Origin: Octopus vulgaris
Taxonomy: Eukaryota
Length of the DNA: 64,000 nucleotides
NCBI GenBank assembly: GCA_951406725.2
Contig: OX597826.1
Coordinates: 50,220,001 to 50,284,000, forward strand
Reading direction: 5' to 3'
Shown: piece after piece, positions 14,035 through 64,000 of the stretch
How positions within the stretch are numbered: position 1 is the first letter of the stretch
Layout of the letters: every line of letters starts with the position of its first letter
Notes under the pieces: model-generated
What the model saw: only the letters and a program-made list of their open reading frames with translations
Databases searched by the model: none
Told to the model about the DNA's origin: nothing
Program-made: the position numbers and the translations under genes

Positions 14035-16540
14035 TGTGTGGTAAGAAGCTTGCTTCCCAACCACATGGTTCCAAGTTCAGTTCCACTGCGTAGCACCTTG
14101 GGCGGGTATCTTCTACTATAAGCATCGGGCCGAACAAAGCCTTATGAGTGTACTTTTTTATATATATATATATATATATATACACCATTTCTCTTGTCAC
14201 TCCACCTATGCTTCTTTCTTCCTTTTCTTCTGACGAAAGACTGACGTCCGAAACGTTAGGGCTTACTCTTTCGCCATTGAAACACTAAACTGATACCATT
14301 TTTGTCAAATTCTATATACATACATACATGTGTGTATATACGCGTATGTCTTTATATCTGTTTTTGCCCTCTGCCACTGCTTAACAACCAATGTTGGTGT
14401 GTTTACTTCCTCATCAGATTGCGATTTGGCAAAAGAAACCGATAGACTAAGTACCAGACTTTAAAAAAAAAATACATAAGTACTGATGTCGATTTGTTCG
14501 ACTAGAATTTTTCAAGACGGTGCCCCAGCATAGCCGCAGTCTAATGACTGAAACAAGTATAAAAAAAGGAAAAGGTAAACGTTTCAACAGTAAGCATACA
14601 ATGTGCAACAGTCTAAACAATAATCAGGGCAGGAGTAAGACCCATCGAGGCCCCAAGCACTTAAAAGATTTTGGTGCCCTCATAAAAGATTATGTAATTC
14701 AAAATACAAACAATAACAAACTATATGAATTTTTATTCTTCAAAACGAAACGAAACAGTAAGAGGGAAAATAATGCTCATTTTTGTATACTCTTTACTCT
14801 CTTTTACTTGTTTCTGTCATTTGACTGTGGCCATGCTCGAGCACCGCCTTTAGTCGAGCAAATCGACCCCAGGACTTATTCTTTGTAAGCCTAGTACTTA
14901 TTCTATCGGCCTCTTTTGCCGAACCGCTAACTTACGGGGATGTAAACGCACCAACATCGGTTGTCAAGCGATGTTTGGGGGGGGGGAACAAACACAGACA
15001 CACAAACGTATACACACACACATACATATATGTGACCTCGTGTGTACCGTTGGCGATTAATTTTCCTCTGTCTTACCTTCTCTGGATCTTTCCTTCTATG
15101 TTTCCGACGAAGAGCTCCGCTCGAAACGTTAAACCCTCCTTTCCTGAGCGTCCAATAATACTATAGTTTTTCCACGTCCTCGCGTTGTTGTGTTTTTTTT
15201 TTTTTGTGCTTTCTTGTTTGGATTAACTATATATATATATACATATACGACGGGCTTCTTTCAGCTTCCGTCTACCAAATCCATTCACGAGGCTTTGATC
15301 GGCCCGAGGCTATAGTAGAAGACACTTTGCCCAAGGTGCCATGCACTTGGACTGAACCCGGAATCATGTGGTTCGTAAGCAAGCTACTTGCCACACAGCC
15401 ACTCCTACGCCAACTTTATTTATGTTTGAAAAATTTCCTCCTACCTTTTTGAATTGCAAAGTCTCTGATCAGATCCTCAAAATTAATCTTAGGTAACACA
15501 TCTGCATCTATACTTAGTAGAGATAAAGGCATCCGGAATATTATTTTAGCAAGTTTAAAGTGATTTCTTTTTTGCCGTAAACCATTTACTATTTCTGTGG
15601 TTCCCCCCTCTTTCTCTTGATGCCCTAAGCACGTGCTTGTTTTGCTTAATGGTTAATCCAGCGCTAACAATAATAATAATAAGTGAATGAAAGAAAAAAC
15701 GGTAAAACCTTGACTAGATGACGACATCATTACAACATGCATGACTTTGTTAACGTCAAACCAATGACCGTGTTAAATATGGGATGTTTTTTTCTGTCTC
15801 CTTCTGCGATGTGTAGAATTCGTTGAGGATAAAAAAATAAGGTTTGGCATACGTTGCCTCTTATCTTTCTTTCTTTCTTTTTTTTTTGGGTTTTTTTTTT
15901 TCGTTTTTACTCGTTTCATTCATAATCTGCGACCGTGTTGGAGCAACGTCTTGAAGAATATTTAGTCGAATGAATGAATCGACCCCAGGTCTATTTTTTT
16001 TTAGCCTTGTAGTTATTCTATCGGACACTTTTGCTGAACTGCTAAGTTACAGGGTTATAAACACACCAGCATCGGTTGTCAAGTGGTGAGGGGGAACAAA
16101 CACACACACATATACATATATATAGTTAGTTAATCCAAACAAGAAAGCACAAAAAAAAAACACAACAGCGCGAGGACGTGGAACAAATATAGTATTATTG
16201 GACGCTCGGGAAAGATCAAAGGTAAAGTCGACCTTGGTGTAATTTAACGTTTCGAGCGGAGCTCTTCGTCGGAAACATAGGAGAAGGAAGATCCAGAGAA
16301 GGGAAGACAGAGGGAAAAAATCGCCAACGGTACACACGCGGTCACGTTTTGAACACTATGCAAATATTCTTTTATTATATAGGCGCAGTAGTGTGGTAAG
16401 TAGCTTGCTTACCAACTGGTTCAGGGTTAATTCCCACTGCGTGGCACCTTGGGCAAGTGTCTTCTACTATAGCCTCGGGTCGACCAAAGCCTTGTGAGTG
16501 GATTTAATAGGCAGAAACTGAAAGAAGCCCGTCGTGTGTG

Positions 16541-16574
<34 letters not shown>

Positions 16575-16783
16575 TGTATGTGTGTCTATATGTATGTGTG
16601 TCTGTATTTGACCCCCAGCATCGCTTGACAACCGATGGTAACTTCGCGGTTCGGCAAAAAGAGACCAAAAGAATAAGTACCCGGCTTACAAATAATAAGT
16701 CATGGGGGCGATTTGCTCTTCTAAAGGCGGTGCTCCAGCATGGCCGCAGTTAAATGACTGAAACAAGTAAAAGAGTAAAAGAG
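14035..16783. mobile_element. Cluster of SINE A copies (about 14035-14570 +, 14790-15410 -, 15905-16120 -, 16381-16783 +), three with Penelope-like inserts at the internal microsatellite
   Basis: SINE consensus halves flank foreign blocks at about 14184-14310 and 15032-15228; a third block at about 16125-16347 abuts a SINE 3' half. Confidence 0.8.
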
Positions 16784-17350
16784 ATACGTGTTATATATGT
16801 AATTATTAAATTATTTTGAAATAAAAAAAATATGCAAGAAACATAACTCTGTGTGACCTGTAACGGTTATTTCCCTTTAACCGGCCGCGTTTTTCTTTTA
16901 TTATATAGCGACTTATTTTGAACGAAAACGAAAAAAACATTTTTGTTGGATAGGGAGCTCACAAGTTTTTGGAAGTAAGAATCTATATGAAAATGAATAC
17001 CTGTTGTTTGGAAGAGTTATAGTCAGCAGTGCACCAAACGTGACCATCACGCATTTTCCTCCGGCACTCGAAGCCCAACGTGTCATTTCTTAAATGTTAG
17101 GGTGTGTGATTCGAGGGAGATTTGACTACTATTTCTGCCAAGTCGATCATTCACGTAGAGGTTCCCAAATTCTTGTTTTATATGAAGAACACCATGTTCG
17201 AATCTTGTTGGCATTTTAGACTAAAAGTCAGAAATTTAATCTTATATAGAATTATTCCCTATACCAGAGCTAAGTTCACCGTAGCTATAACAAATACAAC
17301 AGAAATATATGCTCATCATTACCATCGTCTTTTTAACGTCTATTTTTACA

Positions 17351-18147
17351 CTAGCAGCATAGCCCGGCGTTGCCCGGGTATGTAAGAGCCCCTAGTAGGC
17401 AACGACTAATCCCAATCTAGTCCTTTCCTTCTAGGGAACGAAGGCGCATGTGTAGGTTGCAATGTCTTCTCTTCACTCCCAAATAACTATCAAACAGCTA
17501 TCGATAATTCAACCCAACCAATTCCTACCAGGAGGAAATTACATTCGAGACTTTACCCCCAACACCGCCACTTCTGCTAATAGCTGCTGCAGCCGCAAGT
17601 TATTCGAATACTTTTTTTGTTTACACTTTCTTTATAACTACCACCCCAAACGTTTTACCTTAAATTTTTGACGTACCCTAAGGGTCCTCGGACGCTACTT
17701 GCAAACTCTTGGTTTATTATAAACCGCTTTTGTCGTGTGCACCAAAAAACCTTTTTCATTCGTTTGTTCAGTTTGGTCACTTTTGACTTTTTCGTTGTTG
17801 TCACTCACATTGCTGCCCGCTTTTTTGCCGTTTTTGTACATTTTTATACATTTTGGGATACTTACCCCACGTGTTCCGAGAGTTAAAAAGGTCGAGTTGC
17901 GTCCCCTAGACAGTCTGTAGAAAATGTGTTGCATATAAAAAGCTTAGATTCTCGACCCATGTCGAATTTATCGATTTTTTTTCAGAACTGGGGGAACTTT
18001 TCAAAATTTTCGCTGCGTTAGTTTTGAATTATGACATTGGGCTGTGTGTGTGTCAAGTTTCATCAGAATCGGTTGAAAGCCGTGGTCAGGGTGAGGGTAC
18101 AACCTGACAGACAGACAAACTGCCGTTTATATATAGAGAGATAGAGA
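17351..18147 (-). mobile_element. Non-autonomous Helitron
   Basis: Minus strand begins TC(tctatctctctatatata) and ends with hairpin cccgggcaacgccggg plus CTAG; inserted between A (17350) and T (18148) with no TSD; removing it restores a family-C-like end. Confidence 0.85.
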
Positions 18148-19611
18148 TGCTTGCATGGGTCAGACGGAGTTTACTGAGGCAGATTTTCTATCAGTGGATA
18201 CTCTTCCTGTTGCTAACTCCTCATCTATTTCCAAGCAACTTACTCAGACATATTAGTGCAGTATATCAGAAATAAATGAATGACATTGCTTCTAAGACAG
18301 TGACAATCATTTACAACTATCATACGATGTCAAGACAAGGAGACACAAATACACACGCACACACACATACACACACAAAAGACTTCTTTCAGTTTCTTAT
18401 TTCTTTACTGCCCACTAGGGGGCTACACACGGAGGGGACAAACAAGGACAGACAAACGGATTAAGTCGATTATATCGACCCCAGTGCGTAACTGGTACTT
18501 ATTTAATCGACCCCGAAAGGATGAAAGGCAAAGTTGACCTCGGTGGAATTTGAACTCATACAAAATACCTATTTCTTTTTAAACCCACAAGGGGCTAAAC
18601 CCAGAGGGGACAAACAAGGACAGACATAGGTATTAAGTCGATTACATCGACCCCAGTGCGTAACTGGTATTTAATTTATCGACCCCGAAAGGATGAAAGG
18701 CAAAGTCGACCTCGACGGAATTTGAACTCACAACGTAACAGCAGACGAAATACCGTTAAGCATTTCGCCCGGCATGCTAACGTTTCTGCCAGGTCGCCGT
18801 TTTTTTTTTTTTTTTTTTTTTTTTTGTTTTTTTTTTTGTAGAGCAAAGTTAGGAAGGTCGAACATAACAGAACTGAAAGACTTCTTTCAGTTTCTGTCTA
18901 TCAAATCCACTCACAAGGCTTTGGTCAGCCCAAAGCTATAGTAGAAGACACTTATCCAGGATGCCATGCAGTGGAACTGAACCCAGAACCATGTAGTTGG
19001 GAAGCAAACTGCTTTCTTGGTGTAATTCTATTGTCATTCTATGGTATTTACCCTTTATTTTACATCATCCTTTAACGTCTGTTTTCCATGCTGGCATGGG
19101 TTGGATGCTTTGACTAGAGCTGAGCAACCAGGTGAGCTGCACCAAGTTCCAGTCTGATTTAGCTTGGTTTGTATGCCCTTCCTAACACTTTACAGTGTGT
19201 GTTGGCTGCTTTTAACATGATACCGGTAATCTTTCTACTGCCTTCGTTACCATAAGTATGTCATCATCATCATCATCATCATTTAACGTCCGTTTTCCGC
19301 GCTAGCACGGGGTGGAGTGTATATTAGTGGTTTGTGTGTCAGCTTTGCATTTCATTTCTCTTGGAGCCAATAAAGTGAATCCTGATAAAATTTTACAAGA
19401 AAAAAATTAACAATCACAGACCAAAAATTTTGTAATTTATTCTCTTAACCAAAATGAAGGAATGCCTTATAGCATAGCCTCAGGCCAACCAGAGCTGATT
19501 CCATTGATACCACAATTTATGTTTTAGTCTGGTGTTTATTTTAGTGATCTCTATTTGTCGAAACACTAAGTTATAAAAAGCAAACATAAAAACACACACT
19601 GACAAACATAT

Positions 19612-20475
19612 ATGGTGCAGGCGTGGCTGTGTGGTAAGAGACTTGCCGCCCAACTACATGGTTCCGGGTTCAGTCCCACTGTGTGGCACATTGGACAAGT
19701 GTCTTCTACTATAGCCTTGACCAAAGCCTTGTGAGTGGATTTTGTAGATGGAAACTGAAAGAAGCCCATCGAGTGTGTGTGTGTATGTGTGTGTGTGTGT
19801 ATGTATGTATGCATATGTGTCCTTGTGTCTGTGTTTGTCCCCACCACCACCATTGCTTGACAACCAATGGTGTATTTATGTTCCTGTAGCTTCAATAAGA
19901 GAGACCGATAGAATAAGTGCTAGGCTTACAAAAAATAAGTCCTGTGGCCGATTTCTTTGACTACAAATAACCCTTTCAGACAGTGCTACTGCATGGCTGC
20001 AGTCAAATGACTGAAACATGAATAAAGGAATACATACATATATATATACATACATATATACATATATGTATGTAAGTATATCTATATTTACATACATATA
20101 TATAGCTTGTCTACCAGCCTCATGGCTCCGGGTTCAGTCCCACTGCGTGGCATCTTGGGCAAGTGTCTTCTGCTATAGCCCCAGGCCGACCAATGCCTTG
20201 TGAGTGGATTTGGTAAACAGAAACTGAAAGAAGCCTGTCGTATATATGTATATATATATGTGTGTGTGTGTCTATGTTTGTCTCCCTAGCATTGCTTGAC
20301 AACCGATGCTGGTGTGTTTACGTCCCCGTCACTTAGCGGTTCGGCAAAAAGAGACCGATAGAATAAGTACTGGGCTTACAGAGAATAAGTCCCGGAGTCG
20401 ATTTGCTTGACTAAAGGCGGTGCTCCAGCATGGCCGCAGTCAAATGACTGAAACAAGTAAATGAGTAAAAGAGTA
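19612..20475 (+). mobile_element. Two head-to-tail SINE A copies (about 19612-20030 and 20103-20475)
   Basis: Consensus match. Confidence 0.88.
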
Positions 20476-20671
20476 TATATATATACACACACGACAAGCT
20501 TCAATACAATATACATCTACAAAATTTCACTCACAAGGCGTTTGTGGATTGATTTGAGGCTACAGTAGAAGACACTGGCTTGTGGTACCATGCAGAAGAA
20601 AAGAACCTAAAAACCACATGGTTGTGAAGCATACTTTCTAACCACATAGCCATACCTAACAGAATATTTAA

Positions 20672-21072
20672 CCCATTTGTTACCCTTTTTCTGATCAAAT
20701 ACACCAACTTTGTTTCAATCAGTTTTAAAAATGATGGAAAATTTGCACAAATAACATCCATTTTTGGGACATAAATTAAACTGAAATTTTGGTGGAAGGT
20801 TTTAACTTATATAAATTTAAAACCAGGGGTTTGATCATAGAACAAGGGGCAGCTTCAGGCATGCTGGTATCAAAAGGGTTTGATCATAGAGCAAGGGGCA
20901 GCTTCAGGCAGGCTGGTATCAAAAGGATTTGATCATAGAACAAGGGGCAGCTTCAGGCAGCTGGTATCAAAAGGGTTTGATCATAGAACAAGGGGCAGCT
21001 TCAGGCAGCTGGTATCAAAAGGGTTTGAGCATAGAACAAAGGGCAGCTTCAGGCAGGCTGGTGTCAAAAGGG
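20672..21072. mobile_element. piggyBac-type MITE whose terminal 48-49 bp are tandemly amplified five times
   Basis: ttaa|cccatttgttacc ... ggtgtcaaaaggg|tttaaa; unit gggtttgatcatagaacaaggggcagcttcaggcaggctggtatcaaaa repeated over 20827-21072. Confidence 0.7.
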
Positions 21073-21169
21073 TTTAAACATAGACACATATAAAACACCC
21101 CTTCTTACACACATGCACACACACACACACACAGAGAAACACATAATAACAAATACATTCTTTAAGATA

Positions 21170-21175
21170 TTTATT
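21170..21175 (-). promoter_or_regulatory. Candidate ALKBH8 polyadenylation signal AATAAA
   Basis: tttatt on the + strand about 75 nt past the stop codon, followed on the minus strand by a GT-rich stretch. Confidence 0.5.
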
Positions 21176-21249
21176 CATATATGCTGAATGATTTCATAAT
21201 GATGACATGTTTAATGACACGGGTTAAGAAAATTATATCACCATAGCGC

Positions 21250-59480
<38,231 letters not shown>

Positions 59481-62400
59481 CTAGGGAAAAACAAAAGCAA
59501 CAATTTTGGAGAATATTAAGTTTTTGCATTGGACAAATGATTGAGACTTCTGGTGGTTTTCTGTACTTGAAAAGACACATCAAACTAAGTGGATCATGAT
59601 CTTTACCAGTGTTGGTGACACATAAAAGACACCTGTGCCAGTGACATAAAAATCACCCAGTATAGTCTGTAATATGGTTGGCATTAAGGAAGGGCATTTC
59701 AGCCATAGACACCAAGCTATTTTTGGCTACATCAGATCCTGTCAACCTATGCCAGCATGGAACATGGACATTAGACAACAACGATGATACATACAGCCTG
59801 ATCTACACCTTTCAGTCATTAGTGCTAATTATTTCTGTTGCCCTTTCTTGCCCACCCCAACCCCACAAGGAAGAAGACACATGCCCAAGGTGCCACACTA
59901 TTAGGACGAAACTCAAAACCTTGTGGCTGGAAAGAGAACTACATAACCACAGTCACACCTGCACATCAAACCATAAAATCCCCTCTCTCTAATAACTCCC
60001 TTTCTAAACCCATGCTAGCAAGGAAAATTGTAGAGTAACCCTTTCACATTCAGATCTTTCTGTCTAATGTAAGACTTATTTATTCACATTGTTTTGAATT
60101 AATTATCTTTTATCTGTTGCTTGTTTCAGTCATTTGTCCGCAGCCATGCTGGGGCACTGCTTTGAAGGGTTTTAGTCAAACATGTAGTCAACTCCAGGCC
60201 TTTTATTTCTTTTTTTTTTAAGCCTGGTACTTATTTTATCAGTCACTTTTGCCAAATCGCTAAGTCACAGTGACGTAAACAACCCAACACTGATTGTCAA
60301 GCAGGGAGCTGGGTTCAAAATCAATAACACACACACACACATGCACACACACACACACACACACACAAGGCAGCAAAACTGAGTTCTGAAAGCTTGGGGT
60401 TCTCCACCCATTACAGTGATTCTCCTTCACCCCATGAATTATGCCGGCCTCTTCCCCCTCTCTATGTTCTGTCTCCACAGTCTGCTCAACCAAATCTTAC
60501 CTCTCTCTTGTCCCCCACCCTTCCGGCCATTGTATCATCTTTACTACTTCTGCTGTTCATCTACATCCTTCTATCTTCCCCAATTCATGATTCTGTTTCA
60601 TCCACCCTTCAACCCTACCCATTCACCCACTTCTACTCAGCTTGTGCCTTGTGTGTGGGCGGGGCACCTAGGCACTACATCACCATTATCTATGTCCTGC
60701 AGCTCCCACCAATCATTTTTCTCTTTCTCCTCCCCCTCTTCCCCTATAAGTTGTTAGCAGTCATGCAGACCCCCTCTGCGGGAAGCTGCTCTTCCTCCTC
60801 CTCTCATAGTAATCCCCTTGTCCCCCCCACCCCGAGCATGAAGCTGCTCTCCACCACACACACACACACACATCTCCCTCAAGGCTCGTTGTCTTATGAA
60901 TTGCATGGCGACTTCAATAGTGCAGGTGGCTTGAAAATAAGCACCCAGTGCACACTGTAAAATGGTTGGCATTAGGAAGTGCATCAAGTGAAAACCAGGC
61001 CATGACAGATATTGAAGCAAACTGCAGTCTTTGGACACATTGGATCCTATCAAACCGTCCAACCTATGCCAGCATGGAACATGGACATTCAATGATGATG
61101 ATGATGACGATTATGTTTCCTCACAGTTTCCATCTACCAAATTCACTCACAAGGCACTGTGCAGTCCAGGGCTAGAGTAGAACACACTTGCCAAGGTGTT
61201 GTACAGTGGGACTGAATTAGAAACCGTTTTGTTATAATGTTAATGAGACACATTATCATATGTACTTATATCACAGACAACTAGTTATAAAGTATTACAC
61301 TATGTCAAACAATAAATGTTTTATAAGAAGGGGGGAAAAATGCAACATTAACCATTAACCATGCTCTACTTCTTACTCAAAACCAAAAAGAGAAAACATA
61401 TTAACAAGTTGTCTATCTGTGTGTCTGTAAGTGATTCACATTCTCAACAACTCTACTTAACACAACCACTTTAAAAAAAAAGTTAAGCTTCAAATATTAT
61501 TAGACATTAAAATGTAGACTGGCAAAATTGTTAGAGCATCAGATGAAACTTTAGATTCTGCTCCAGCTGTTCATTTAAAATATTGGGTTGACCCAAAAGT
61601 TTATTTACATTTTTTTTTTCCTTTGCACATGCATACTTGCTAGATACCTGACACTCTAACATAGTTTGACATGAACTTGCAATGAGACAGGTTGAATTTT
61701 GTGTGCTTGACATCACTCCCTTGCCCCAGTGATAGGCATATTGTAAACATGTAACCAATAATATTGTTATTCTTTAATTGTAATATAAAAACATAAAAAA
61801 TACAAAAACAAAAATAAGTGGTTGAGTTGATTAAATAAATTATACAAACAATTACTCAAATTTGTGGCCACATGCTAATGTTAGAAATTGATATTAACAG
61901 AGATCAATATATTCTGTGACAAACACAATATTTCTTTCATCCCAACACTCCACTCACCTTCCACTCTGTTACAACATAACACAAAATGATTTTTAATCAT
62001 TCTCCAAATTTGAAAATTGATCATTTTTTTTTTTTAAATCAAGCTTTTCAAACTACAAATTTTGAAGTTATATTCAGTTACCAATCCAAACAGAGAAACT
62101 TATTTTTTCAACTCTAGCAAATAAGCAAACAATTCATATCTAAAAGTGCAAAAAAGTAGATCACATGTGTATTTAGATATTTTAGTTTGCTGATAGTATA
62201 GTAACTCTTTTGATACCAGCCTGCCCAAGAGCACCCATAGTTCTATGATATACATATTTTTGTTTTAAAATGATCTAAATTAAAACCTTCCACTAAAATT
62301 TCAAGTCAATTTATGTACAAAACACCAAATGAACAATGACAAAGTTGTTTTACTAAATTCTTCATTATTTTTACAATTAACCTTTTAGTATTGCTCATAT

Positions 62401-64000
62401 CAGGACCAAATTTTCATCCCGTTTCATGTTCATACAGGCTAGATCCAACCTCCTGTACCTATCCTACAATTTCATTCTGAAAATAAACAATCACATCATT
62501 GAACTCTAGAAGCTACATGATAATCCACAATTAACTCAGAACAAATTGAATAAATAAGCATTACATTTGACAGGGTAATCTGAATGCTAAAGAGTTAATA
62601 GAAACAAAGGTAACATATTTTAACAGAAATACAATAATAGAAGATTTTAAAAATATATAGGACATTACAGCATATTATACAATATGCTATTAAAACAAAG
62701 GTAGTCACCTGATGATTAAGACATTATTTTCAAATACACATAATGATTTTCCTGATTTCTCTTTTCAAAATACCTGGAGCTCAAATTCCTTTAAGATAAA
62801 AGTATAGGGGTAGCAAACAGTTTGAATCAAACAGCAGCATATATACACAAACTTACATATTTCCTGGCTCATAAGATGAACTTTATTCTGGAAGAACTCC
62901 TTAAAAATTCCCCTACATCTCATTATTTCAATAAAATGTAAAATGTCAGCTGATAAAACATCATTCAACAACTGGGTCTGATCTTCACAATAAACCCCAT
63001 TTCGTAATGTACATCTGTATTCACACATACTAAATATATCTTGGATTTATGATTACCATATTCATTAGTTTTGTAATTAATGGTAACTAGTAGCTGTTTG
63101 GCACTGGTAACAGAATGTCATTTGTTTGATTTATGGTGAATCAATAACGCTGATGCTTCACATCTTTTGTAGGCCAACAGTAGTACCTCTGAATTAGACA
63201 CCATCTGTTACCTGTCAGTTAAGTTATTTAACTGACAACCCCTCTACAATGTTACACATGCAGAGAAGATAGGCATAATTACAAGCTACAAGTTTTGTAT
63301 ATGTCAAACAATACAGCAACTAGTACACTCTGTGAAGTTGTTGACATTAGGAAGAGTGTCCAGCCAGCATGGAAAAATGGACATTAAATGATGATGATGA
63401 TAAGAGAGGAACAAGTAGGTACACTTGTCCCCTACTCTCAAAATTGCAGGCCATAAGCTCTGGACTGATGTCCAATTCAGGGGAAATGCTGTGATGTTAG
63501 TCACTCATACACCAGGAAACCCAGGTAACCAACCTAATGAGACTTAGGGCTCAAAAATAAAAAAGCAAGTGACCTGCTACTGTACTGGTATGTCAATAGG
63601 TGAAGTCATCATAGGCAACTATAAGAGCAGAAATAACAGCCACGGTTTAAAAAATATTTTGTAATCAGTAATGATATATAGCACAGAAGATGAATTTCTC
63701 TAAGATAGCAATGATCAAAAAAAAAAAAAAACAGCCATGATAGTGGTGTTGATAACAGCACTGATTGATGTATTAATCATCATCATCATTTAATGTCCAT
63801 TTTCCATGCTGGCATAGGTTGGATGGTTTAACAGGAGCTGACCAGCCAGAGAGCTTTCCAGACTCCAATTGTCTAAGTATGATTTATATAGCTGGATGCC
63901 CTTTCTAACACCAACCAGTTTATAGAGTATACTGGGTACTTTTTAAGTGACACCGACATGTGTGCTTTATACATGACACTGGCATATTGTCTTTAATGTG

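Noticed and set aside
62765-63028. 87-aa minus-strand ORF with a phase-0 donor (cag|gtattt at ~62774) as the first ALKBH8 exon
   Set aside because: Phase-compatible, but it has no resemblance to the basic N-terminal helix of ALKBH8 proteins; the true first exon probably lies outside the window. RNA-seq would decide.

Overview
Eukaryotic, AT-rich, repeat-dense genomic DNA, very probably octopus (coleoid cephalopod), inferred from the SINE families and microsatellite load. One protein-coding gene is supported: ALKBH8 (RRM + AlkB dioxygenase + Trm9-like tRNA methyltransferase) on the minus strand. I reconstructed 10 GT-AG exons from 59480 down to the stop at 21250 (1833 nt, 610 aa + stop); the N-terminal exon(s) were not found and probably lie beyond 64000. 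The frame only closes with a 31-nt microexon (43939-43969), and the protein appears to have lost the structural Zn site of human ALKBH8. The rest is transposon-derived or simple repeat: at least four SINE-like families, CR1- and RTE-clade LINE fragments, a decayed Tc1/mariner transposase, TTAA piggyBac-type MITEs, a non-autonomous Helitron, a 1.5-kb Mutator-like element and a 3.4-kb 26-bp minisatellite grown inside a SINE. Best novelty candidates: a retrozyme/Penelope-like unit with a type I hammerhead ribozyme in an ALKBH8 intron (about 51710-52200), hammerhead-like cassettes inserted in SINE microsatellites, and the ALKBH8 microexon and Zn-site loss. Nearly all ORFs in the track are microsatellite or SINE artefacts. 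Exon coordinates were counted by hand; most repeat boundaries are approximate, and family motifs are quoted from recall rather than database searches.
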